A stretch of DNA of 63,041 nt, the filler included, from Thermodesulfobacteriota bacterium (GTDB lineage Bacteria > DASVDK01): the NCBI GenBank assembly GCA_036381125.1. It is 6 parts of 6 records of this genome, joined end to end, with 100 filler letters (N's around TTAATTAATTAA, not from the genome) between each part and the next. Parts side by side here need not be neighbours in the genome. Positions count along the whole stretch, not along the records: positions 9,421 to 14,657 come from DASVDK010000048.1; positions 14,758 to 22,091 come from DASVDK010000049.1; 4 more parts are not named here. One strand, given 5' to 3'. A program made the translations under genes and the position numbers. Within the stretch, counting starts at the first letter, position 1. Each line of letters begins with the position of its first letter. The notes under the pieces were generated by a model. The model searched no databases. It had not been told where the DNA came from and worked only from the letters and a program-made list of their open reading frames with translations. Shown here in pieces: positions 10,490 through 19,756 of the stretch.

Positions 10490-10619
10490 TTACCATGAGT
10501 AACCAGGATCACGGGCAGCCTAGAATGTGCAGAACGGCATGTCAAGCCCAACAATCCCATGTTCTTGATGAAGCAATCCCTGTGGCGCTGCTCCCGAAGA
10601 AGCATACGATGCCAGAGTC

Positions 10620-10648
10620 TTGACTGTACGAATCATTAGATTCAGACT
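10620..10648 (+). promoter_or_regulatory. sigma70-type promoter TTGACT-N17-CAGACT with candidate operator GAATC-ATTA-GATTC (10630-10643) in the spacer
   Basis: Spacing and palindrome read directly from the sequence. Confidence 0.6.
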
Positions 10649-10692
10649 GCGCTGGCAGAGGCCCGGAGCGGGCCGGTCCGGAGAGGTGCAAC

Positions 10693-11616
10693 GTGCAGAC
10701 ACGAGAGGTCGTTTTCTACAGCGATGGCGTCCGCCTGGATGGGCTCCTTCAGCGCCCCGACGGACTGCGGACGGGGGAGCGGCGACCCGCCGTGGTCCTC
10801 TGCTCGGGGTTCCAGGGACTCAAGGAGATCATCCCGGCGAAGCTCTGGGGTCCGTTCACGGCCGCCGGCTACGTCTGCCTGGCCTTCGACTACCGCGGCT
10901 TCGGGACGAGCGACGGCGAGCGGGGCCGCATGCTGCCGCTCGAGCAGGTCGAGGACATCCGCAACGCGATCACCTTCCTCGAGCAGCAACCCGAGGTCGA
11001 TCCGAAGGCGATCGGCCTCCTGGGCTGGGGCTTCGGCGGCGGGGTCGTCGTGCAGACCGCGGCCGACGACGCCCGCGTCCGCGCGGTCGCCTGCCTGAAC
11101 GGCATCGGTGACGGCGGGCGGGCCGTGCGCGACTCCCGGCCCTACGTCGACTGGCTCGCGATGCAGGACCGGATCGCGGAGGACCGCGTGCGCCGCGTGG
11201 TGACCGGGCGGTCGGAGCGGGTGAGCCCGTGGGACGTCGTCCCGCTCGACCCGACCACCCGCGAGAACGTCGACGAGGACATGTACGGTCGCCACTCGCG
11301 ATTCGGCGTCGACGTCTCGCTGCAGTCGGCCGAGGCCTACTACGCCTTCCGCCCGGAGCGGTCGGTGCATCGCATCAGCCCGCGGCCGCTTCTCATCGTC
11401 CACGGCGTGCGCAACGGCCTTCACCCGATCGACGAGGCGCGCCGCCTGTACGCGCGAGCGCGCGAGCCGAAGACCCTCATCGAGGTCGCGGACGGGCACC
11501 ACCTCGACTGGATCCAGCCCGATCACCCGCTCTACCGGACCACCGTCCCGAGCATCGTCGAGTGGTTCCTCGCCCACCTTCCGGTGGGGGAGACGCCGGC
11601 GTCGCGACGCCCGTGA
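10693..11616 (+). CDS. Alpha/beta-hydrolase fold protein
   Basis: FDYRGFGTSDG, DPKAIGLLGWGFGGG and PRPLLIVHG. Confidence 0.85.
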   Translation: MQTREVVFYSDGVRLDGLLQRPDGLRTGERRPAVVLCSGFQGLKEIIPAKLWGPFTAAGYVCLAFDYRGFGTSDGERGRMLPLEQVEDIRNAITFLEQQPEVDPKAIGLLGWGFGGGVVVQTAADDARVRAVACLNGIGDGGRAVRDSRPYVDWLAMQDRIAEDRVRRVVTGRSERVSPWDVVPLDPTTRENVDEDMYGRHSRFGVDVSLQSAEAYYAFRPERSVHRISPRPLLIVHGVRNGLHPIDEARRLYARAREPKTLIEVADGHHLDWIQPDHPLYRTTVPSIVEWFLAHLPVGETPASRRP

Positions 11617-12296
11617 CGGTGCTCTACGTCGACCTCGAGCACGAACGGGTCCTCGCCGATCCGGCGCGTGCGAAAGGCCACCTCGCCCGGCGCGAGGCCG
11701 GCCGCGCGCGCCTCGCCGAGGCGGCCGGGGAGGGGTGCGACGTCGTCCGGTTCACCGAGGTCTCCCGGGAGCGGCTCGAGGCCGTCGGGCCCACGGCCGT
11801 CGTGATCAGCGGCAGCACGACCGACTGGGCCGAGTACGACCCGGCGACGCTCGAGCCGCTCGTCGAGGCCGTGCGCGCGGCGCCCGTCCCCATCCTCGGC
11901 ATCTGCGCGGGGCACCAGTTGATCGGCCGCGCCCACGGCGCGGCGTGGGGTCCGCTCGGCCCGCTCGCGCCGGGAGAGGCCGATCCCGATCCCCGCTTCG
12001 CGCCGGGGCAACGCAAGGAGCGAGGCTTCCTCGAGGTCCGGCTCGACACCGCCTGCCCGCTCTTCCGCGGCCTCGAGTCGAGGGCCGACGTCTTCCAGTC
12101 GCACTACTGGCACCTCGTCGACGTGCCGGAGGGTTTCCTCCGCCGTGCCAGCTCGCCCTGGTCGCCCGTTCAGGCCCTCGAGCGGCTCGACCGCCCCGTC
12201 TTCGGCGTCCAGTTCCACCCCGAGCGCTACGACCAGGCCCACCCCGCCGGACTCGCGGTGCTGCGGAACTTCTTCGAGGCGGCCAGGGGCCGCTGA
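11613..12296 (+). CDS. Class I glutamine amidotransferase (GMP-synthase-like / gamma-glutamyl hydrolase)
   Basis: PILGICAGHQL and GVQFHPE; GTGA coupling with the upstream gene. Confidence 0.88.
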   Translation: MTVLYVDLEHERVLADPARAKGHLARREAGRARLAEAAGEGCDVVRFTEVSRERLEAVGPTAVVISGSTTDWAEYDPATLEPLVEAVRAAPVPILGICAGHQLIGRAHGAAWGPLGPLAPGEADPDPRFAPGQRKERGFLEVRLDTACPLFRGLESRADVFQSHYWHLVDVPEGFLRRASSPWSPVQALERLDRPVFGVQFHPERYDQAHPAGLAVLRNFFEAARGR

Positions 12297-12350
12297 TCCC
12301 GCGGGCGGCAGGCGACTGCCGGTACTCGCCCGGCCGATGAGACAATTATG

Positions 12351-12379
12351 TTGACTTGGTGAACATAGTTAACTATGCT
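12351..12379 (+). promoter_or_regulatory. sigma70 promoter TTGACT-N17-TATGCT overlapped by palindrome CATAGTTAACTATG (candidate TetR operator)
   Basis: Perfect 14-bp palindrome at 12364-12377, immediately upstream of tetR. Confidence 0.7.
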
Positions 12380-12405
12380 GTCCTTGTTTACGGAGGGCGA
12401 CGAGG

Positions 12406-13029
12406 GTGGGCACGGTCGAGCGACGGGAACGCGAGCGGGCCGCCACGCGGGCGAAGATCCTCGACGCCGCGCGCGAGCTGTTCGTCACCGAGGGGTACGA
12501 CGCCGTCACCATGCGGCGGATCGCCGACCGGATCGAGTACACCGCGGCGGCGCTCTACCGGCACTTCCCGGACAGGCAGGCGCTCCTCGACGCGGTCGTC
12601 GAGGCCGACTTCCGGACCTTCGCCGACGCGCTGCGCGCGAGGGTGGGGGACGAGGCCGACCCGATCGAGCGCATCCGGCTTGCCGGCCTCGCGTACGTCG
12701 ACTTCGCCGTCCGCTACCCGAGCCACTACCGGCTCCTCTTCATGACCCCGCGTCCCGAGAGACCGGGGAGCGCGTCCGGGGCCGCCGGCCGCGACGCCTA
12801 CCTGATCCTCCGCCGCGCGGTCGAGGCCGCGCTCGCCGCCGGCCGCTTCCGTCCCGACCTGACCGACCCCGGCGTCGTCACGCATGCCCTCTGGGCCGCG
12901 GTGCACGGCGTCGCCGCCCTCCACGTCGCCCGCCAGGGCGGCTCCGTCCCCGAGGCCGAGCCGAGGAGCGTCGCGGCCGTCGTCTGCGACGCCGTCCTCG
13001 ACGGCCTCGCCAGGAGGAGGCCCCGATGA
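12406..13029 (+). CDS. TetR/AcrR-family regulator
   Basis: ILDAARELFVTEGYDAVTMRRIADRIEYTAAALYRHF. Confidence 0.93.
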   Translation: MGTVERRERERAATRAKILDAARELFVTEGYDAVTMRRIADRIEYTAAALYRHFPDRQALLDAVVEADFRTFADALRARVGDEADPIERIRLAGLAYVDFAVRYPSHYRLLFMTPRPERPGSASGAAGRDAYLILRRAVEAALAAGRFRPDLTDPGVVTHALWAAVHGVAALHVARQGGSVPEAEPRSVAAVVCDAVLDGLARRRPR

Positions 13030-13919
13030 ACACCGACGTGACCCGTCCGCTCGTCCGCCTCTCGCTCGGGATGGCGGCCCTCGTGCCGCTCCTCGTCATC
13101 GGTCTGGTGATCGATCCGCGCGTCGTCACCGGCGCGCCGGTCTGGCAGAAGCCGCTCAAGTTCGTCCTCTCGATCGCGATCTACGCCGGCAGCCTCGCCC
13201 TGATCCTCCGGCACGTCGACGTCTGGCCCGGCCGGCTTCGCGTCGCGAGCCGCGTCGTCGCCTGGGGCCTCTGGCTCGAGATCGCGATCATCTCGCTCCA
13301 GGCCGCGCGCGGCACGAGGAGCCACTTCAACGACGCCACCCCCTTCGACGAGGCCCTCTTCCAGGTCATGGGGGCGGGGATCGTCGCCGTGACGCTGGCG
13401 TCGGCCGTCATCGCCGCCGCCCTCTTCCGCCAGCGCTTCGCCGACCGCGCGCTCGGCTGGGCGGTGCGGCTCGGGCTCGTGCTGTCGATCGCCGGCGCGC
13501 TCCTCGGCGGCGCGATGATCGGGCTCGGCGCCCACACCGTCGGCGCGCCCGACGGCGGCGCGGGGCTCCCCTTCGCGAACTGGAGCACCGGCCACGGCGA
13601 CCTCCGGGCGGCGCACTTCGCCGGCCTCCACGCCCTCCAGGTCCTGCCCCTCCTGGCGCTCGTCACCCGCCGCCTGCGCCGTCCCCGTGACGAGCGGCAG
13701 CGGGTCGCCCTCGTGCTCGTCGGCGCCGCGAGCTACGCCGGCCTCGTCGCGATCCTCTTCTGGCAGGCCCTGCGCGGCGAGTCGATCGTCGCCTCCGGGT
13801 CGCAGTCGCTCCCGGTGTTCCTTGCCTGGTTCGGCCTCTCGGCCGCGGCCGCGATGCTCGTCGGCCCGCGGCGGTCGCCCTCCGGCGGCGGCCCGCTGTC
13901 GAGGGCCGTTCGGCCGTGA
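13026..13919 (+). CDS. Conserved multi-pass membrane protein
   Basis: WQKPLKF, QAARGTRSHFN and GDLRAAHFAGLHALQ; coupled to tetR by ATGA. Confidence 0.75.
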   Translation: MNTDVTRPLVRLSLGMAALVPLLVIGLVIDPRVVTGAPVWQKPLKFVLSIAIYAGSLALILRHVDVWPGRLRVASRVVAWGLWLEIAIISLQAARGTRSHFNDATPFDEALFQVMGAGIVAVTLASAVIAAALFRQRFADRALGWAVRLGLVLSIAGALLGGAMIGLGAHTVGAPDGGAGLPFANWSTGHGDLRAAHFAGLHALQVLPLLALVTRRLRRPRDERQRVALVLVGAASYAGLVAILFWQALRGESIVASGSQSLPVFLAWFGLSAAAAMLVGPRRSPSGGGPLSRAVRP

Positions 13920-14005
13920 GCCTCGAGGCGCTCTTCGAGGCCGCCGGCGCGCTCGCGATCGCCGGGTGGGTCCACTACCTCGCCTTCGACCTCTTCGTCG
14001 GCGCC
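13916..14005 (+). pseudogene. ABA4-like/DUF4281 membrane protein remnant (internally deleted and truncated)
   Basis: N-terminus MSLEALFEAAGALAIAGW runs directly into the internal family motif WVHYLAFDLFVG, then into antisense permease sequence. Confidence 0.6.
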
Positions 14006-14590
14006 GAGCTTGCCGACGAGACCGAGGATGATCAGGATGGCTCCAGCCGCGGCGCAGACGAAGCGGCTGGCCGCGCCGCTCAGGCGGAGCAGCCCGATGT
14101 TCTGCGAGAAGCTGGACACCGCCGTCCCGCCCAGGACGCCGCTGATGAGCGTGCCGAGCCCCTCCGTGCCGATCCCGCGCCCGACGCGCTCGATGGACGG
14201 CGGCGGAACCTCCGCCGTCCGCGCGACGGCGAAGAAGTCTCCGGTCACCTCCAGCATCGTCGCGATGAAGGGGAGCAGCATCGCCAGCACGAACGCCACG
14301 TGGAACTTCGGCACCCCCCACGCGAACGGCCGCGCCGCCTCGAACCAGCGCGCCTCGGCGACCGCCGAGAAGTCGACGTGCAGGGCGCTGCCCTGCGGAA
14401 ACCAGCCCTGCCACGTGCCGACCGACGCGATCGCGTACCAGACACGACCGTGATGAACACCACCATCGTGCGCGCCACCTTCCCCAGGACGAAGCTCGCG
14501 GCGACGGCCACCACGAAGACGGCGATCGCGATGTGCCAGCTCGCGCCGATGAAGTCGTTCAGCACGGGCGAGCCGGTCCTCCCGACCCGG
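14000..14590 (-). pseudogene. NCS2/xanthine-uracil permease fragment (frameshifted and truncated)
   Basis: NAT signature SSFSQNIGLLRLSGAASRFV and PFAWGVPKF; frameshift near 14444; homology ends at GKLGA. Confidence 0.7.
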
Positions 14591-14757
14591 CGAGCCGAGG
14601 CCACGCCGCTCCCCTGGCGGCCTCGTCGGCCCGGGATCGCCGTACGCGGCCAGGGCGNNNNNNNNNNNNNNNNNNNNNNNNNNNNNNNNNNNNNNNNNNN
14701 NTTAATTAATTAANNNNNNNNNNNNNNNNNNNNNNNNNNNNNNNNNNNNNNNNNNNN

Positions 14758-14992
14758 GGAGCGCCGCGGCGGCGGTCATGTCGAGGAACCCCAGCGCCTC
14801 GCGGCGCACGTCGGAGGGGTCGGCGGCGACCCCGGCGAACGGCCGGCCGTTTCGGTCGCGGGGCGGGTCCGGCCGAGCCACGTGGAGGAGGCGGACGACG
14901 GCGCCGCGGGCGCGCGCGAGGTCGTACGCGACGGGCAGGGCAGTGTCCACGCCGAAGCGCCGCTCGAGCGGGACGAGGATTCGCATGGGCAT
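14758..14992 (-). CDS. Universal stress protein (partial)
   Basis: MRILVPL...LARARGAVVRLLHV USP N-terminus. Confidence 0.7.
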
Positions 14993-15010
14993 GACGGCTC
15001 CGGGACGGGG

Positions 15011-15457
15011 CTACCGGGTCGCGTCCGCACCCTCGCGCACGGTCACCACGGGGCACGGCGCCGTTCGCACCACGCGGTCGGCGATGCTGCCGAGGAAGAA
15101 CCGGCCGACCGCGCCGCGCCCGTGGGTGCCGAGCACGATCAGGTCGGCGCGCTCCCGCTCGGCCGCCCGGACGATCTCGTCGGCCGGGACGCCGACGACG
15201 AGCAGGCTCCTCGCCTTGATACCCTGGGCCTCGAGCTCCGCCACCCGGTCGGCCAGCGCCTTCTCGGCCCACCGCTTCTGGGCGTCGTAGATGCGCTCGA
15301 CCTCCGCCATGCCGACGAAGCCCTCGCCGAAGAGCATGGCCTCGACCAGGACGTAGACGAGGAGGACCTCGGCCCCGAAGGCGCGGGCGAGCGCCGCGGC
15401 GCGGGCCTGGGCCTGGCCCGCGCAGGACGAGAAGTCTGTCGGGTGCAGGATGGTCAT
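15011..15457 (-). CDS. Universal stress protein
   Basis: ILHPTDFS and ADLIVLGTHGRG...FFLGSIADRVVRTAPCPV. Confidence 0.92.
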   Translation of the reverse strand: MTILHPTDFSSCAGQAQARAAALARAFGAEVLLVYVLVEAMLFGEGFVGMAEVERIYDAQKRWAEKALADRVAELEAQGIKARSLLVVGVPADEIVRAAERERADLIVLGTHGRGAVGRFFLGSIADRVVRTAPCPVVTVREGADATR

Positions 15458-15481
15458 GAGCGTGCCTCCGCAGGAGCGTTT

Positions 15482-15497
15482 TGCAAGCGCGGGGCCA
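15482..15497 (-). promoter_or_regulatory. Candidate sigma54 -24/-12 promoter TGGCCCCGCGCTTGCA
   Basis: TGG-N10-GC with TTGCA, placed just upstream of the GGAGG SD of the USP at 15457. Confidence 0.6.
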
Positions 15498-15627
15498 TCC
15501 CGGCCTCCCCGGCCCCGCATCGCCCGGGGGCCGTTTGCGCGCGGCGCCGCCTGGACGGGGGCGGCGAGCTGTGGCATCCATGTCCCGGACGGGCGGCGAT
15601 TCCACACTCCGAGCCGGCGCTTCCCCC

Positions 15628-16080
15628 TCAGGCGGTGAGGCCGGTGCGGGAGTCCGCGCGGGTGGTGACGACGGGGCAGCCGGCCCGGCGGATCACCCGA
15701 TCGGCGACGCTGCCGACGAGGAATCGGCCCACCCCGCCGAGCCCCGCGGTGCCCATGACGATGAGGTCGGCCCCTTCGTCGGCGGCCGCCTGGACGATCT
15801 CCGCAGGCGGCTCCCCCACCCGCACGAGCCCCCGCGCCGGCACGCCGGCGGCGCGCACCTCGAGGACCCGCCGCTCCATCTCGGCCTCGGCCCACGCCTG
15901 ACGCGCCTTGCGGATCCGCTCGAGGCTCGCCGTCGTGGGGAGCTCCTCCGACAGCGTCGCCATCGGCCCGATGACGTGCAGCAGCACGATCTCCGCCGAC
16001 AGGCTCCTGGCCATCGCCACCGCCAGCGCGCGGGCACGGTCGGCCCCCTGGGAGAAATCGGTCGGGTGCAGGATCCGCAT
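15628..16080 (-). CDS. Universal stress protein
   Basis: MRILHPTDFS and ADLIVMGT...FLVGSVADRVIRRAGCPV. Confidence 0.92.
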   Translation of the reverse strand: MRILHPTDFSQGADRARALAVAMARSLSAEIVLLHVIGPMATLSEELPTTASLERIRKARQAWAEAEMERRVLEVRAAGVPARGLVRVGEPPAEIVQAAADEGADLIVMGTAGLGGVGRFLVGSVADRVIRRAGCPVVTTRADSRTGLTA

Positions 16081-16104
16081 GGCTCTACCTCCTGCCGGTC
16101 CCCT

Positions 16105-16120
16105 TGCAAGCCCCTTACCA
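16105..16120 (-). promoter_or_regulatory. Candidate sigma54 promoter TGGTAAGGGGCTTGCA
   Basis: TGG-N10-GC upstream of the AGGAGG SD of the USP at 16080. Confidence 0.6.
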
Positions 16121-16143
16121 GCGCCGGCGCGGGCCGGCGGCAC

Positions 16144-16159
16144 TGGTACCGGAGATGCA
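16144..16159 (+). promoter_or_regulatory. Candidate sigma54 promoter TGGTACCGGAGATGCA
   Basis: TGG-N10-GC upstream of the CBS gene. Confidence 0.5.
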
Positions 16160-16210
16160 TGGCTCGACGCGTGAGCCCGGCAGCGGCCGGGCCATGCCTG
16201 TGGAGGTGCC

Positions 16211-16639
16211 ATGCGAGCCGAGACGGTCGGGGATCGGATGCAGCGAGGGGTCTTCGTCTGCCGGCGCGATACGCCGGCCGACGAGGCGGCCGCCGTCATG
16301 GCGGGGCGCGACATCAGCGCCCTCGTGGTGGTCGACGACGACGGCCGGACGGTGGGCGTCGTGTCCCGGACCGACCTGGTCGACGTCATGGGCGCCAGCC
16401 CCGACGCCGAGCCGTGGCGCGGCCTGGTGGTGGGCGCCATCATGAGCGAGCCGGCGGTCTCGGTGCGGGCCGACACGCCGCTCCACGAGGCGGCGCGGCT
16501 CATGCGGGACGCCGGGGTCCACCGGGTCGTCGTGACGCGGGCCGAGCCGGGCGGCGAGAAGCCGATCGGCGTGCTGTCGGTCTCGGACCTCGTGAGGCCC
16601 GGCGAGAAGCCGCGCCGCACGAGCCGGACGCGCTCGTGA
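16211..16639 (+). CDS. CBS domain protein
   Basis: Two CBS repeats ([28 protein letters not shown]...IGVLSVSDL). Confidence 0.88.
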   Translation: MRAETVGDRMQRGVFVCRRDTPADEAAAVMAGRDISALVVVDDDGRTVGVVSRTDLVDVMGASPDAEPWRGLVVGAIMSEPAVSVRADTPLHEAARLMRDAGVHRVVVTRAEPGGEKPIGVLSVSDLVRPGEKPRRTSRTRS

Positions 16640-16643
16640 CCGC

Positions 16644-17381
<738 letters not shown>

Positions 17382-17387
17382 CCGGCC

Positions 17388-19748
17388 GTGCGGGCCCTCC
17401 ACGTCAAGCTCCTGCGCGACCTCGCCCGCATGCGCGGGCAAGCGCTCGCGATCGCCCTCGTCGTCGCCGGCGGGACCTCGGCGTTCGTCGTGGCGACGAG
17501 CACGTACGACTCGCTGCGGCGGTCGGCGGAGGGGTACTACGAACGGGCCCGCTTCTCCGACGTCTTCGCCTCGCTCACCCGGGCCCCCGAGACGCGCGCC
17601 GCGGAGATCGCGCGCATACCCGGCGTCGCCGCCGTCGAGACGCGGGTGGTCGCGGCCGTCGTCCTCGACGTGGCCGGCGTCCCCGAGCCGGTCCGTGGTC
17701 GACTCGTCTCCATCCCCGACGCCGGCGAGCCGACGCTGAACCGCCTCCACCTGCGGCGCGGCCGGCTGCCGCGCCCCGACGCGGCGGAGGCGGCCGTGAG
17801 CGAGGCGTTCGCCTCGGCCAACGGGCTCGCGCCCGGCGACCGGGTGGCCGCCGTGATCAACGGCCGCTGGCAGCGGCTCGCGATCACCGGGGTCGTCCTC
17901 TCCCCCGAGTACGTCTTCCAGGCGGGCCCCGGGGACCTCTTGCCGGACGACCGGCGCTTCGGCGTCCTCTGGATGCCGCGGCGCGCCCTCGCGGCGGCGC
18001 TCGACATGGACGGCGCCTTCAACGACGTCGTGCTCGCCCTCGCCCCCGGCGCCTCCGAGCCCGGGGTGATCGCCGAACTCGACCGCATCCTCGCCCCCTA
18101 CGGGGGGCGCGGCGCCGTCGGCCGCGACCGCCAGCCCTCGGCCCACATCCTCGCGCAGGAGCTGGAGCAGCTCCGGACGCAGGGGCTCGCGATCCCGATC
18201 GTCTTCCTCGCCGTCGCGGCCTTCCTCCTGAACGTCGTCCTCGCGAGGCTCGTCGCCACGGAGCGGTCGCAGATCGCCCTCCTCAAGGCGTTCGGCTACA
18301 CCGACGGCGCGGTGACGCGCCACTACCTCGCCTTCGCCCTCGTCATCGTCGGCGCGGGCGTCCTCCTCGGCACGGCGGCGGGCGCCTGGCTCGGCCAGTC
18401 GCTCACGGCCTACTACGAGCGGTACTTCCGCTTCCCGGTGCTCGTCTACCATCTCTCCCCCGGCACCGTCCTCGTCGGCGCGCTGGTCAGCGCCGCGGCG
18501 GGGCTCGCGGGAGGCCTCGGCGCCGTGCGCCGGGTCGCCGCCCTGCCGCCCGCGGAGGCGATGCGGCCCGCGGCGCCCGCCCGGTACCGGCCGATCCTCG
18601 TCGACCGGCTCGGCATGGGCCGGCTCCTCTCCCAGCCGACGCGGATGATCCTCAGGCACCTCGAGCGCCGGCCGCTGCGCGCCGGCCTCTCGACCCTCGG
18701 GATCGCCCTCGCCCTGGCGATCGTGGTCGTCGGCAGCGCCATGGGCGACTCGGCGGAGGCCCTCCTCGACACGCAGTTCGGCCTCGTGCAGCGCGACGAC
18801 GTCACGATCACCTTTCGCGAGGGGATGCCGCCGCGCGTCCGGTACGAGGTCGCGCGGCTGCCGGGGGTGCTCCACGCCGAGACCTTTCGCACGGTGCCGG
18901 CCACGCTGCGGGCCGGACCGCGGAGCTACCGCGGCGCGGTGACCGGGCTGCCGGCGGGCGCGACGCTGCGCCGCGTCGTCGATGCGAGCGGCCGGGTCGT
19001 GCCGCTCCCCGAGGCGGGCCTCCTCCTCGGGAGCACCCTGGCACGGCGGCTCGGCGTCGGTCCCGGTGACTTCGTCACCGTGGAGGTGCAGGAGGGCCGC
19101 CGCCCCGTTCGCGAGGTCGCGGTCTCGGCCCTCGTCGACGACCTGGTGGGGATGTCGGCCTACATGGAGGCGCGGGCCCTCGACCGGCTCGTCCCGGAGC
19201 CGGGGCGCGTCTCGGGCGCGTTCCTCGCCGTCGACGAGCGGGCGCGGCCGGCGCTCTACCGCCGGCTCAAGGAGACGCCGGGCGTGGCCGGGGTGTCGGC
19301 CCGCGTGGAGTCGATCGCGAGCTTCCGCAGGACGATCACGGAAACCATCCGGGTCCTGCAGGTGATCGAGGCCGCCTTCGCCGCGATCATCGCCGTCGGC
19401 GTCGTCTACAACGCGGCGCGCGTGAGCCTCGCCGAGCGGAGCCGGGAGCTGGCGACGCTCAGGGTCATCGGCCTCACCCGGGGGGAGATCTCGTTCATCC
19501 TCCTCGGCGAGCTGGCCGTGCTGACCGCGCTGGCGATCCCGCTCGGGCTCGCGCTCGGCTACGGCCTCACCCTGCTCGTCTTCCACGCGGCACGGTCGGA
19601 CCTCGCCCGGCTGCCGGTCACGATCCGACCGGCCACCTACGCCTACGCGGTCCTCTTCGTCGTCGCGACGGCCGCCCTGTCGGGCCTCCTCGTGCGGCGG
19701 CGTCTCGACCGGCTCGACCTGGTCGCCGTGCTGAAGACGCGGGAGTAG
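17388..19748 (+). CDS. ABC transporter permease (duplicated MacB-PCD/FtsX-type)
   Basis: Two FtsX-like halves (ERSQIALLKAFG; ERSRELATLRVIG). Confidence 0.88.
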   Translation: MRALHVKLLRDLARMRGQALAIALVVAGGTSAFVVATSTYDSLRRSAEGYYERARFSDVFASLTRAPETRAAEIARIPGVAAVETRVVAAVVLDVAGVPEPVRGRLVSIPDAGEPTLNRLHLRRGRLPRPDAAEAAVSEAFASANGLAPGDRVAAVINGRWQRLAITGVVLSPEYVFQAGPGDLLPDDRRFGVLWMPRRALAAALDMDGAFNDVVLALAPGASEPGVIAELDRILAPYGGRGAVGRDRQPSAHILAQELEQLRTQGLAIPIVFLAVAAFLLNVVLARLVATERSQIALLKAFGYTDGAVTRHYLAFALVIVGAGVLLGTAAGAWLGQSLTAYYERYFRFPVLVYHLSPGTVLVGALVSAAAGLAGGLGAVRRVAALPPAEAMRPAAPARYRPILVDRLGMGRLLSQPTRMILRHLERRPLRAGLSTLGIALALAIVVVGSAMGDSAEALLDTQFGLVQRDDVTITFREGMPPRVRYEVARLPGVLHAETFRTVPATLRAGPRSYRGAVTGLPAGATLRRVVDASGRVVPLPEAGLLLGSTLARRLGVGPGDFVTVEVQEGRRPVREVAVSALVDDLVGMSAYMEARALDRLVPEPGRVSGAFLAVDERARPALYRRLKETPGVAGVSARVESIASFRRTITETIRVLQVIEAAFAAIIAVGVVYNAARVSLAERSRELATLRVIGLTRGEISFILLGELAVLTALAIPLGLALGYGLTLLVFHAARSDLARLPVTIRPATYAYAVLFVVATAALSGLLVRRRLDRLDLVAVLKTRE

Positions 19749-19756
19749 GAGGACGC

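Noticed and set aside
10483-10605. N-terminal extension of RpiR in the ORF track
   Set aside because: This is AT-rich promoter/operator DNA; RpiR-like sequence starts at ATG 10482.
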